From positions 1 to 39,106 of the forward strand of contig JBHLPF010000013.1 of the NCBI GenBank assembly GCA_048939765.1: a stretch of DNA of 39,106 nt. The letters run 5' to 3'. Source of the DNA: Promethearchaeota archaeon. GTDB lineage: Archaea > Asgardarchaeota > Thorarchaeia > Thorarchaeales > Thorarchaeaceae. Under the pieces are notes generated by a model. The model was not told the origin of the DNA. It made no database searches and was given only the letters and a program-made list of their open reading frames with translations. The stretch's first letter is position 1; every line of letters begins with the position of its first letter. The position numbers were made by a program, and so were the translations under genes. Below, one piece after another: positions 18,753 to 27,834 of the stretch.

Positions 18753-20612
18753 ATGACCAAAGCTACCAAAAACAGCAACAAGACGGGCCGCAGAGCGGCG
18801 ATGCGGTACATGCTCGGGGGTCTTGCAAGGCATCCTGCGCACATAGCATTTGCATTGGCCTTGACTGTCATCACAACTCTATTAGTGACAATACCCAGTG
18901 TCATTATTGGATTGGCAATTGATGAATTGGAGCTATCAGGTCTGAGTTCTCAGTTCACGTTCCTGGTCTGGATCATTGCCCTCTTTGGCGCGACCTATTT
19001 AGCAATGTACTTCGTCGTAGGTTATGTCTGGGCAATCGTCACATTGAGCTGGGAACGCGACTCGAGGCAAGAGTTCTTTGAGGAGCTCCAAGATTTCAGT
19101 ATGACATTCCATGATGAGGTCGACAGCAAGAGATTGCTCTCGGTGGCTATGCAGGACATCAGCTGGGTGAGATTCTCATTGAATCCCGCGTTGAGAAATC
19201 TATTTGGTGCTCTCATCTCCTTTGTCATTACAGGCATATACCTCATTCTAGTGGACCAGACTGCTGGCTTGACTGGGACCTTCACCTTGTTCGGGTATCC
19301 GATTCCTGTACTAACTACAATCATGTTGGTTGGCACCCCGATTTATCTGGCATTTGCATATCGGTATGCCAACGCCGTTGAGCCAGTCCGTAGGCAACGT
19401 GCAGAAGACATGGAGAAGCTCACATCCGTTTCACAGGGCGTATTCCAGGGGATTGAAGTGGTCAGAGCATTCGGGTCTGAGGATCGTGAACAGGAAAAGT
19501 TCCACGAAGTAAGCAAGGCATATGAGAAGATGGTCGCTCGAGAGGGTCAACTAGCGGCATTCTACATACCTGCACTTGTCCTGACTGCAATGACCACTCT
19601 TGCATTCGCCTATGTTGGCTTTGCAGTGCTTTCTGGAATCATAACCACGGGTACGATGATCGCGGTATTAGGTCTCCTTCTGGCATTGGAGGGCTTGAAC
19701 TACCAGCTGCCATTTATGCTGCTAATGCTCCGCGGAGGCTATGTAAACGCTCAGCGCATCGTGGACATCCTCAACTGGGAAGACCCACTGAAAGAGCCAG
19801 ATGAAGAGGTTGCGGAGATCGATTGGCTGGGTGACATTGTGTTCGATAATGTCAGTTTCGCTTACAACTCTAACAATGGAAAACCTGAGCACTACGCATT
19901 AAAGAACTTGAATATCACAATACCTGGCGGTTCTAGAGTCGCTCTAATCGGCGGACCAGGAGGTGGCAAAAGCACCATACTGAAGCTCCTACTACGGCTC
20001 TATGATCCCACGAAGGGGTCGGTCAGTGTTGGCGGTGTCGACCTCAGGAACGTGACGACTGAGCATGTTCGAAACATGGTCGGATTGGTTGAACAAGACA
20101 TATTCCTATTCAGAATGAGCGTCCGTGATAACATCGCGTTCGGGAGAAAGGATGCCTCAGACCGGGAGGTAATTGAAGCTGCGCGTCGTGCCCAGGCAGA
20201 TGAGTTTATAGATGAAATGGAGAAAGGATATGATTCCGAAGTTGGGGAGCGGGGGATGACCCTGAGTGGCGGTCAGAGACAGCGCCTAGCAATTGCGCGA
20301 GCGCTCATTCAGGACCCGAAGATCCTTCTTCTGGATGATTCAGTGAGTGCAGTAGACGCTAAGACTGAGTACCTGATGAGAAAGGCCCTAGATGAGGTCA
20401 TGGTTGGCCGCACGAGCATTACGGTTACTCAACGGCTTCGTACACTTCTTGAGTCCGATTTTGTGCTAATAGTAGATAAGGGCCAGCTGATCGCAGCTGG
20501 AACTCATGACGAACTCATAAGGACGTCGGAACACTATCAACGTATATTCGAGCGTTTGCCAGGAGCAAGAGCACTTCTTGATAGCATGTCTGTACGGGGA
20601 GGTGCTGTGTAA
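18753..20612 (+). CDS. Heterodimeric ABC exporter half-transporter, degenerate-site subunit
   Basis: TMD + NBD. Walker A GGPGGGKS, LSGGQ signature, Walker B LLLDD (E->D), switch TQR (H->Q). Confidence 0.92.
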   Translation: MTKATKNSNKTGRRAAMRYMLGGLARHPAHIAFALALTVITTLLVTIPSVIIGLAIDELELSGLSSQFTFLVWIIALFGATYLAMYFVVGYVWAIVTLSWERDSRQEFFEELQDFSMTFHDEVDSKRLLSVAMQDISWVRFSLNPALRNLFGALISFVITGIYLILVDQTAGLTGTFTLFGYPIPVLTTIMLVGTPIYLAFAYRYANAVEPVRRQRAEDMEKLTSVSQGVFQGIEVVRAFGSEDREQEKFHEVSKAYEKMVAREGQLAAFYIPALVLTAMTTLAFAYVGFAVLSGIITTGTMIAVLGLLLALEGLNYQLPFMLLMLRGGYVNAQRIVDILNWEDPLKEPDEEVAEIDWLGDIVFDNVSFAYNSNNGKPEHYALKNLNITIPGGSRVALIGGPGGGKSTILKLLLRLYDPTKGSVSVGGVDLRNVTTEHVRNMVGLVEQDIFLFRMSVRDNIAFGRKDASDREVIEAARRAQADEFIDEMEKGYDSEVGERGMTLSGGQRQRLAIARALIQDPKILLLDDSVSAVDAKTEYLMRKALDEVMVGRTSITVTQRLRTLLESDFVLIVDKGQLIAAGTHDELIRTSEHYQRIFERLPGARALLDSMSVRGGAV

Positions 20613-22753
20613 TGGGAATGAGAGGCCATGGAGGTCCGAGGGCATTGGCACGTGGAAGAGAGAAAAGAAGCCGTCCTATCCGCGTCCTACTCGGTCGAAT
20701 GTTTCAATACCTCGGTAGGTTCAGGCGTATTGTAGCAATTGGAGCCGTGCTATCAGTTCTAGCCACAATAGTCACTGTATTCGATCCCCTTGTGATACGG
20801 TTGGGCATTGATTCAATCACCCCTCATGATCCTACTTCGTACAACACATTGCTTCTCCTGATAGGAATCTACATCGTGTTGAGAATCACGAGCTGGGCAT
20901 TATCAGGTGGGAATACATGGATTCTCGCGAATGCACAGGCCGGATTCGTGCAAAACATCCAGGAGGATGTCTATTCCCACCTAGTTAGAGCTGATCTCTC
21001 ATTTCACAAAGCTGAGCAGAGTGGCAATGTCACATCCAGAGTCACTTCAGACACCGTTTCGCTAGGGACTGGCATTCAGGTAATAATTAGCTTTGCAAGT
21101 CAAGTTCTCATGCTAATAGGAACATTCCTGCTTCTATTCTTTACGTCACAGGTACTAGCGCTAACATCTCTCATTATAGTACCTGGCGTCGTTTTCATTG
21201 CGGTTCTCTTTGGTACAGTTGGTCAGAGAATCATGTTGGCATCCCAAAGGGCAGCTGGCGAAGTTTCTGGTCAGATCGCCGAAAACCTAAGCGGTATTCA
21301 TGTCGCAAAGGCATTCAATCGAGAGAAGGAACTCGCCGACGAGATGATGGAGCTTAATCAGAAGTCATACAAGTTTGGTTTCCGATTCATGATCTTGATG
21401 AGTGCTATGCAACCCCTTGTAAGGAGCATAGGTCAGTTCGCGATAGCTGCTTTATTGTTTGTTGGGGGTACTTTGGCTGCCGGGACATTACCCATTCTGA
21501 CAACTGGAGAAGTATTCCTTGGGATAATGCTTGTCAGCCGTTTTATGTGGCCGCTTCTCTCCCTCTCTATGATGGCTACACAGGTGCAGGCTTCTCTAGC
21601 AGCTATGGACCGTATTTCAGATGTGCTTGAATCAAAGCGGGCCATAGATGATCTCGAATATGCAATCCCTCTTGCGGAAACAAGTGATGGCATCACATTT
21701 GAGAATGTAACCTTTGAATATGTGAGAGACACTCCCGTTTTGAAGAATGTCAACTTTGCAATTGAACCAGGAGCAACTGTTGCTATTGTGGGACATACCG
21801 GAGCTGGCAAGACAACATTGGCTGCCCTAATTAATAGGTTCTATGATCCTCAAGAAGGCAGCATCCTGATTGGTGATCAGAATCTACGAGAGATTGCGTT
21901 AGACTCTCTACATGGCAACGTCGCTCTCATACCTCAGGAACCGTATCTATTCGATGCATCCATAATGGACAACATTCGCTATGGTCAACCTAGAGCCACC
22001 GATGAGCAGATAAAGGACCTGTGCTCCTTGATTGGAGCGAACGACTTCATTGAGGTCTTGGCTGATGGCTATGACACTTGTATCCTAGAAAATGGAAAGA
22101 ACCTTAGTGCAGGACAGAGACAAATGATTACTATTGCTCGAACCATGCTTGCAGATCCTCGAATTCTCATCCTTGATGAAGCCACAAGCAGACTAGATGC
22201 CTATAGTGAGTCACTTGTACAGGATGCTCAGGCAATGTTGTTCTCAGATAGAACCACCGTTGTCATCGCACACCGGCTCACTACAATTGCCAACGCATCG
22301 AGAATCATAGTATTCGAGAATGGTGAAATCATTGAGGATGGCACACATGAGGAGCTCCTAGCCTTGAATGGTACCTTCAAGTCGCTCTATGAAACATACT
22401 ATGCTCACCAAGGCGTTGAGGAAATCACTGAAGAAACTGCTAGAATTGCAGAGGAAGAAGTGTCCAAAATAGGTGGAGAATCTATTCTTGAAGCTCCTCA
22501 AACAAGCAAGGGAATGGGTATGATGGGTATGATGGGTGGTGGAGGACCGCCGGGTATGGGCGGCGGGCACGGTGGAATGCTTGCCGGAGGCATGGGCGAT
22601 CGGCGTGAAATGCTCAAGAAAATGCTCAAGAACCCAGATAATATTCCGCCACAAATGCGAGGTCATTTGATTGAGAGGATGGAGCAATCTAATGATCCTG
22701 AGATACTAGAACTCCTACAAAAGCTGAAGGCGCTTGAAAGAAGCGACGACTAG
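20612..22753 (+). CDS. Heterodimeric ABC exporter half-transporter, consensus-site subunit, with Gly/Met-rich tail
   Basis: GHTGAGKT, LSAGQ, LILDEATS and AHR motifs. TAATG coupling to the upstream gene. Confidence 0.92.
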   Translation: MGMRGHGGPRALARGREKRSRPIRVLLGRMFQYLGRFRRIVAIGAVLSVLATIVTVFDPLVIRLGIDSITPHDPTSYNTLLLLIGIYIVLRITSWALSGGNTWILANAQAGFVQNIQEDVYSHLVRADLSFHKAEQSGNVTSRVTSDTVSLGTGIQVIISFASQVLMLIGTFLLLFFTSQVLALTSLIIVPGVVFIAVLFGTVGQRIMLASQRAAGEVSGQIAENLSGIHVAKAFNREKELADEMMELNQKSYKFGFRFMILMSAMQPLVRSIGQFAIAALLFVGGTLAAGTLPILTTGEVFLGIMLVSRFMWPLLSLSMMATQVQASLAAMDRISDVLESKRAIDDLEYAIPLAETSDGITFENVTFEYVRDTPVLKNVNFAIEPGATVAIVGHTGAGKTTLAALINRFYDPQEGSILIGDQNLREIALDSLHGNVALIPQEPYLFDASIMDNIRYGQPRATDEQIKDLCSLIGANDFIEVLADGYDTCILENGKNLSAGQRQMITIARTMLADPRILILDEATSRLDAYSESLVQDAQAMLFSDRTTVVIAHRLTTIANASRIIVFENGEIIEDGTHEELLALNGTFKSLYETYYAHQGVEEITEETARIAEEEVSKIGGESILEAPQTSKGMGMMGMMGGGGPPGMGGGHGGMLAGGMGDRREMLKKMLKNPDNIPPQMRGHLIERMEQSNDPEILELLQKLKALERSDD

Positions 22754-22765
22754 GATCTCAGCAAT

Positions 22766-23539
22766 TCAGAATAGCTCAATCGACTTTGCAGAAATAAGAG
22801 CTATGCCTAGCACAATATAGGCTTCAGTTCTAACTATCTGCCCTAGCGGCTCTATTGGAGAGAGTTCTATACAACACCATAGTACTATCTGCAGAGTGAG
22901 GACAAGGACTGACAAGAAGGCCAATACGAGAGGCCGGGCTAACCTGCCGCTGCGAAAGACAAGAAGCACGTATCCCAGGGCTAAAGTGATGACTCCCATA
23001 CCAATAGCGAGGGGTGCTATGGTGAACACTTCCACAGGATTTCTAGTCGGATTCAGAACTATAACCAGAGATGCAAGAATCAGCATAGCGACAGCAGGAA
23101 TAATCACCACCATTGCCAATAGTCTGTTATCATTGGTTGATTTCAGTACTGAGTTTGAAGCCCGTAGATACCCAACAACACCAATAGCCCAAAGTATCAG
23201 CCCAGGCATTTGAACTAGACTAACTGTGAACAGAAATGCTTCGCTACCTTCCTGATTTGCTAGCAGGCTTGCTGTGACCTCAGAAATCGCATAGAGAACA
23301 AGCCCCAGAGAGAAAAACAGATTCATCAGATGAAATCTGTCTTCCGGTCTGAAGTCCTCACGCCCAAAGAACCACAGGCCAAGGATTCCCATGATGAAGG
23401 CTGAAACTGGGGCCGAAACGACACCCAAGGAAGACAGTATAGATTGATTGTTGAGTCCCCAAGCAATCGCACTTACAATTGGAATGGCAAGCGCACTGAC
23501 CACGAATACAAATGTCAAATATCTTCCTTGAGATGACAA
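22766..23539 (-). CDS. Integral membrane protein, ~8 TM
   Basis: Eight hydrophobic segments in an apparent 4+4 arrangement; TTG start. Confidence 0.75.
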   Translation of the reverse strand: MSSQGRYLTFVFVVSALAIPIVSAIAWGLNNQSILSSLGVVSAPVSAFIMGILGLWFFGREDFRPEDRFHLMNLFFSLGLVLYAISEVTASLLANQEGSEAFLFTVSLVQMPGLILWAIGVVGYLRASNSVLKSTNDNRLLAMVVIIPAVAMLILASLVIVLNPTRNPVEVFTIAPLAIGMGVITLALGYVLLVFRSGRLARPLVLAFLSVLVLTLQIVLWCCIELSPIEPLGQIVRTEAYIVLGIALISAKSIELF

Positions 23540-23633
23540 ATGTCAACAGCTCTCCACGCAAATGCAAATACGATGTCGTGCTATCCTCGATTTGATTGTT
23601 TTCCTTATCAATGAGTTTCCGATGGGTATGTGG

Positions 23634-24830
23634 CTAATTCACCTGAAATGTTTCCCAATGAATGTCAAAAGCAGTACTTGGAAATTGTCGTTCAACTGAG
23701 ATTCTAGCTCTGTTGAGAATCGTGTTAACTGGACTAGACCCCATAAGCGTACCCATTCTTCTAGTGTATTCTTGAAAGAGGTTTCTGAATCCTTCACTCA
23801 ATGTTTCAGGCGTAATGCTCCCCCTGACAGTAGCGGACACTAAGGAAGTCTTGATCTCGACGTCTACTCCTTCCTCAAGGCCTACAAAGGCCAACCAGGG
23901 CAACTCTGGTGCCAGTTTATCCCGTGAGCTGAAAAACAGGCTTCTTGCGGGCTTAATTCCTAGTATTTTTGCAGTCCTGTTGAGGGTTTCCTGCAAGGCG
24001 GCGGTATACAATACCGTAGTGGCTTGAGCTGGAGATACAAGTTCCACTGCCTTTCTCTGGGCAAGAATCGCAATCTCATCCAGAAACCGCTTGAGGTCAC
24101 TTGTCTTAACTCTCTCCGCTGCTATTGAGAGTGGGGTTTCTCCATCAAGCTGCGGGAGCACTCTTGCTGTGTCTTCGGAGATTCCATTTACAGTTTCCGT
24201 TGGTTGAATCAGACTTGTGGCTTGGTAGATGTCATCTGGCTTGGCAGATGGGGCTAATGTTATCGCCTTCTCCCAATAGGCCTCAGCAGCCATATTCATT
24301 GCCAATTCAACAGGAATCTCCAGGAAGGTTGCTGCTTCTTGCACCGTACATACTTCAGGTATGAGCTTCAGAAATGATACAACATCTGCCGATTGAGTAT
24401 AGAATTCCCAATCACGCTTGAGACGCATGGTTGTCTGGGGTTCGATCAAATCCCTCACGAATTCCTCAATCACGTTGCGTTCAAATCGGGTATACACTGC
24501 TAAGTCGAGGTCAACCCATCTAAGCAAGCCGAATTGATCCTCAAACGCTTCAATAAGCCTCTTGACTTTCTCTCTAACAATTTCTGTGTCTTCTCTGACC
24601 GTGACTGCACCAAGCGTCCACTCACCAAATTCGACAATTATCTTGCTGTCTGTTCCCTCAAACGCTCGAGCCTTTGAGGCGACTGAGCGAGTAGCTTCAT
24701 CAAAGAAAGAGGTCATTGCAACGAGGAAAGAGGACAGAAGATCAGCGTCAAACTCAGGCTCTGCGAAATCATGGTGATACATGCAAACACCAGTATCGCG
24801 TCTGATGATGTATACGCTTTCTACCTGCAT
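23634..24830 (-). CDS. Longin-domain protein with tandem winged-helix domains (NPRL2-like architecture)
   Basis: The N-terminus VYIIRRDTGVCMYHHDF...DADLLSSFLVAMTSFFDE fits the Asgard longin pattern. Two wHTH-like segments follow (TVQEAATFLEIP; LPQLDGETPLSIAAE). Confidence 0.75.
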   Translation of the reverse strand: MQVESVYIIRRDTGVCMYHHDFAEPEFDADLLSSFLVAMTSFFDEATRSVASKARAFEGTDSKIIVEFGEWTLGAVTVREDTEIVREKVKRLIEAFEDQFGLLRWVDLDLAVYTRFERNVIEEFVRDLIEPQTTMRLKRDWEFYTQSADVVSFLKLIPEVCTVQEAATFLEIPVELAMNMAAEAYWEKAITLAPSAKPDDIYQATSLIQPTETVNGISEDTARVLPQLDGETPLSIAAERVKTSDLKRFLDEIAILAQRKAVELVSPAQATTVLYTAALQETLNRTAKILGIKPARSLFFSSRDKLAPELPWLAFVGLEEGVDVEIKTSLVSATVRGSITPETLSEGFRNLFQEYTRRMGTLMGSSPVNTILNRARISVERQFPSTAFDIHWETFQVN

Positions 24831-24991
24831 CTATCCTTTCCTCACCATGTGTCTTGCTTGGCGCGCAAACACACTATCCCTCGGCGCGTACTAACGGACC
24901 TATCAGTCACCTTTTGAGGATTCTAGTGAAACTGCTAGAGTCAGTATCACTATTCACTAGGACTATAAGGATATGAAAGTGGTGTGGATGT

Positions 24992-25603
24992 ATGGCCCAA
25001 GAAGAGTCCCTAGTCATCATATGTCCTGCATGCGAGGAGAGCGAGCTCAAAGTCAACTCAATGCTCTACAGCGTGCCGTACTTCAACGAGCTCGCGATGT
25101 TCACTATGAAGTGTCCGAACTGCAATTTCACGCATAATGACATCTTCTCTGCAGAGGAGCGGCCACCAAGTCGATGGACTCTGAGAGTCGACGATGAGGC
25201 GCATCTTAGAATTAGGGTTGTCAGATCTGGTTCGGGTACAATCAGATTACCTGAGTTCGGTATTGACGTGGAACCAGGTCCTGCAGCAGAGTCGTTCATA
25301 AGTAATGTTGAAGGAGTCTTGCTTCGTACCAGGCCAGTCGTTGAGACCGCAGTCCGATTTGCTGAGACTGAGTCAGAGAGAGAAAGGGGAAAGGAGGTCC
25401 TTGACATGGTTGACAAGGCAATGAGGGGTGAACTGCCGTTCACACTGATTCTTGAGGACCCAGTCGGCGTAAGTGGGATTCTGCCTGATGATCTCACTCT
25501 AGTGGAACATGTACGCTTGAATCAGGAAGAGGCCTCGCAGTTGAAGGGCGCACCCGCCTGGATTGATATGGCTCGTCAGGACTATTCGGAGCGTAAGGGC
25601 TAA
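24992..25603 (+). CDS. ZPR1-type zinc finger protein (archaeal single-module form)
   Basis: CPAC, VPYF, CPNCNF, RVVRS, IRLPEFG, PGP, SNVEGVL and TLILEDPVG motifs. Confidence 0.9.
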   Translation: MAQEESLVIICPACEESELKVNSMLYSVPYFNELAMFTMKCPNCNFTHNDIFSAEERPPSRWTLRVDDEAHLRIRVVRSGSGTIRLPEFGIDVEPGPAAESFISNVEGVLLRTRPVVETAVRFAETESERERGKEVLDMVDKAMRGELPFTLILEDPVGVSGILPDDLTLVEHVRLNQEEASQLKGAPAWIDMARQDYSERKG

Positions 25604-25635
25604 AAGGCCAGTCTTGGGACTGAGCAGTCAACAGT

Positions 25636-25712
25636 GGGCCGATAGATCAGCCTGGCAGATCGTCTGGTTTGCATCCAGAAGGTCGCGAGTTCAAATCTCG
25701 CTCGGTCCACCA
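25636..25712 (+). tRNA. tRNA-Ala(UGC), intronless, CCA encoded
   Basis: Acceptor GGGCCGA/TCGGTCC with the G3:U70 Ala identity pair; D stem GATC/GATC; anticodon arm TCTGG-TTTGCAT-CCAGA; T arm GCGAG-TTCAAAT-CTCGC; ends ACCA. Confidence 0.97.
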
Positions 25713-25785
25713 ACTCCCCTAGCATTCTATACTGACTCATTGATTTTGGTGCGGTAACCTTTAATCTCTGGATACATTGGATGAT

Positions 25786-26226
25786 ATGGTTCAATTGGAG
25801 TCAGTATATCCTGATGACGATTCAGCATTGAGAAATGCTAGAAGAATCGGGCTAGTGTTTGTTGCCTACGCCATAGGCCTACCTATAATGAGTCTAGTGT
25901 TGGATGCCCAGTCTCCTCCAAGCACTGGATCACTCATAATATCATGGGTGCTGATTTTTATGATGCCTTTCGATATTCTCCTCTCCTACGCATCCTACCG
26001 GTTCTTTAACAAGAAAGGCAGATTCCAGAACATCATGGGTCCGGCTGTTCTCATGTATACATTTGGCACTGCACCATCAATCTACGCATTCGTGATAGGG
26101 TTCATTTACTCAGATCTGAGATATATTGCAATCCCGCTTGGTCTGATGTTCTCAATAGTAGGTCTTTGGCTAGTTTCTAATTTCCTATCCCGTCTTGGGG
26201 ATGCTTTGAAAGGTGCGAATCTCTAG
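25786..26226 (+). CDS. Small 4-TM membrane protein, unknown function
   Basis: Four hydrophobic segments; TTTAAT about 26 nt before ATG 25786, as expected for a leaderless transcript. Confidence 0.7.
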   Translation: MVQLESVYPDDDSALRNARRIGLVFVAYAIGLPIMSLVLDAQSPPSTGSLIISWVLIFMMPFDILLSYASYRFFNKKGRFQNIMGPAVLMYTFGTAPSIYAFVIGFIYSDLRYIAIPLGLMFSIVGLWLVSNFLSRLGDALKGANL

Positions 26227-26265
26227 GCAAGAGCAAAGCCGGATTTTGCTCAATCCTCAACCTTC

Positions 26266-27822
26266 CTATCTGGAACTAATTTTATCTTCGCATTTGCTTT
26301 CAGGGGGCATTCTCACCAATGCAATTTCGGCTTCTGCCGCATTCGTGAGGCAATCCCTTTGAGAGCGTTCCACGTTTCCATCGGTATCCTTGTACTTATA
26401 GCTCTTATGTGTCAAGGTTGATTCCTGTCTTGCTAGACTAGTTCTCTTCCGAATGTAAGCTCTAATCCCCTCCAAGATCTTCCCAAGTAAGTATACGTTC
26501 TTTGATTTGAGTTGACGCCAAATGACAGATGGACGTAGATAGAACTTGAAATATGCTTGATACAGTATTCTCTTGAGTTCCTTCTTACTGATAGCCGGAT
26601 ACTCCATGACTGGTGCCAGTACTGAATAGTCCCTCCACGATTCAGCCTTAAGCAATCCCTCCTTCTGGGCGTGTTCGAAGAGCGGTGTACCAGGGTAGGG
26701 AGTGCAAATTGTGAATTGTGCAATCTCAGGATTTAGACGGCATGCAATATCAATAGTTGACCTAGCTTCTTCTTTTGTCTCACCAGGATAGCCAAGCACA
26801 AAGGAGAATATTCTCTCGAGATTAGCCCATCTGGCAATTTCGTTTGCCTTCCAAACCTGGCTAATTGTGATTCCTTTTCGCATCATATCTAGAACTCTTT
26901 GATTTCCTGATTCTACCCCAATGTATACGGAACGACATCCTGCCTGCTTCAACCACCTAGCCATGATTGGATTATTGCATAGTATATCTGCACGTACAGA
27001 ACAAGTCCAATCTAGAGAGTAATTTCGCGTCTTCATTAACTCACAGATTTGTTTCACTCTCAAAGGATTGTAGCAAAATAGGTCGTCTAGGAACTCCAAC
27101 TCATTAATCTTGTATCTCTTAGCGAGTAAATCCACTTCTGCAATCACATTTTCAGCAGATCGGCCTCTCCATTTCTTTCCAGATGATCTCGATGAAGAAC
27201 AGAAAGTGCAACTATACGGACATCCTCTACTGGATATCATAGTGCCAACGCGAATTGGCTCCTGCAGATACTGATTCATATCCATCAAGTCATAGGCAGG
27301 GAACGGGAGTGTGTCTAAATCCTCAATCGGGCGAGATAGGGGATTCCGTTTAATTTCCGAACTTATCCGATATGTAATGCCCTTGACCTTTTCCAATTGA
27401 CCTGTTCCCATTCGTTCCAACAGATCTAACATGACATATTCGCCCTCCCCCCTCACGACAAAGTCAATTTGAGGTGCATCTCTTAGGATGAGGGCATCAG
27501 AGAAAGAGGCATGTGCTCCACCCACTACCACTCTGCAATCAATGTCAGTTTTTTTAGCTACTGCAGCCAATCTATAAACATCATAGATCGCAGGAGTAGC
27601 TTGAGCGCTGATTCCAACAACATCGGGTCTGAATCTCGACATTAATTCTGCAAACTCAGCATCATCAGTTTTGTGAAGCATTCCATCATGAATCACTACT
27701 TTATGGCTTCCAGACTCCCTGAGGTAACTTGCCAAATATCCAAGGCCAAGTGGAGGCGTAACAAATCCAAGTGAGTCTCTAATGTCATTGGGAGAGTAAG
27801 GAATCGTAAATAATACTCTCAT
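26266..27822 (-). CDS. Cobalamin-dependent (class B) radical SAM methyltransferase, Gmm (GMGT methylase)-like
   Basis: B12 domain (PPLGLGYLAS, GGAHAS, RGEGE); SRGCPYSCTFC; GVESG; GYPGET; AQFTICTPYPGT. The class is secure; the Gmm-like call rests on recalled similarity and adjacency to the Gms-like gene. Confidence 0.8.
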   Translation of the reverse strand: MRVLFTIPYSPNDIRDSLGFVTPPLGLGYLASYLRESGSHKVVIHDGMLHKTDDAEFAELMSRFRPDVVGISAQATPAIYDVYRLAAVAKKTDIDCRVVVGGAHASFSDALILRDAPQIDFVVRGEGEYVMLDLLERMGTGQLEKVKGITYRISSEIKRNPLSRPIEDLDTLPFPAYDLMDMNQYLQEPIRVGTMISSRGCPYSCTFCSSSRSSGKKWRGRSAENVIAEVDLLAKRYKINELEFLDDLFCYNPLRVKQICELMKTRNYSLDWTCSVRADILCNNPIMARWLKQAGCRSVYIGVESGNQRVLDMMRKGITISQVWKANEIARWANLERIFSFVLGYPGETKEEARSTIDIACRLNPEIAQFTICTPYPGTPLFEHAQKEGLLKAESWRDYSVLAPVMEYPAISKKELKRILYQAYFKFYLRPSVIWRQLKSKNVYLLGKILEGIRAYIRKRTSLARQESTLTHKSYKYKDTDGNVERSQRDCLTNAAEAEIALVRMPPESKCEDKISSR

Positions 27823-27834
27823 CCCTTAATCCCC

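Noticed and set aside
25604-25790. rRNA operon context for tRNA-Ala(UGC)
   Set aside because: The flanks are protein-coding genes; no 16S or 23S sequence is present.
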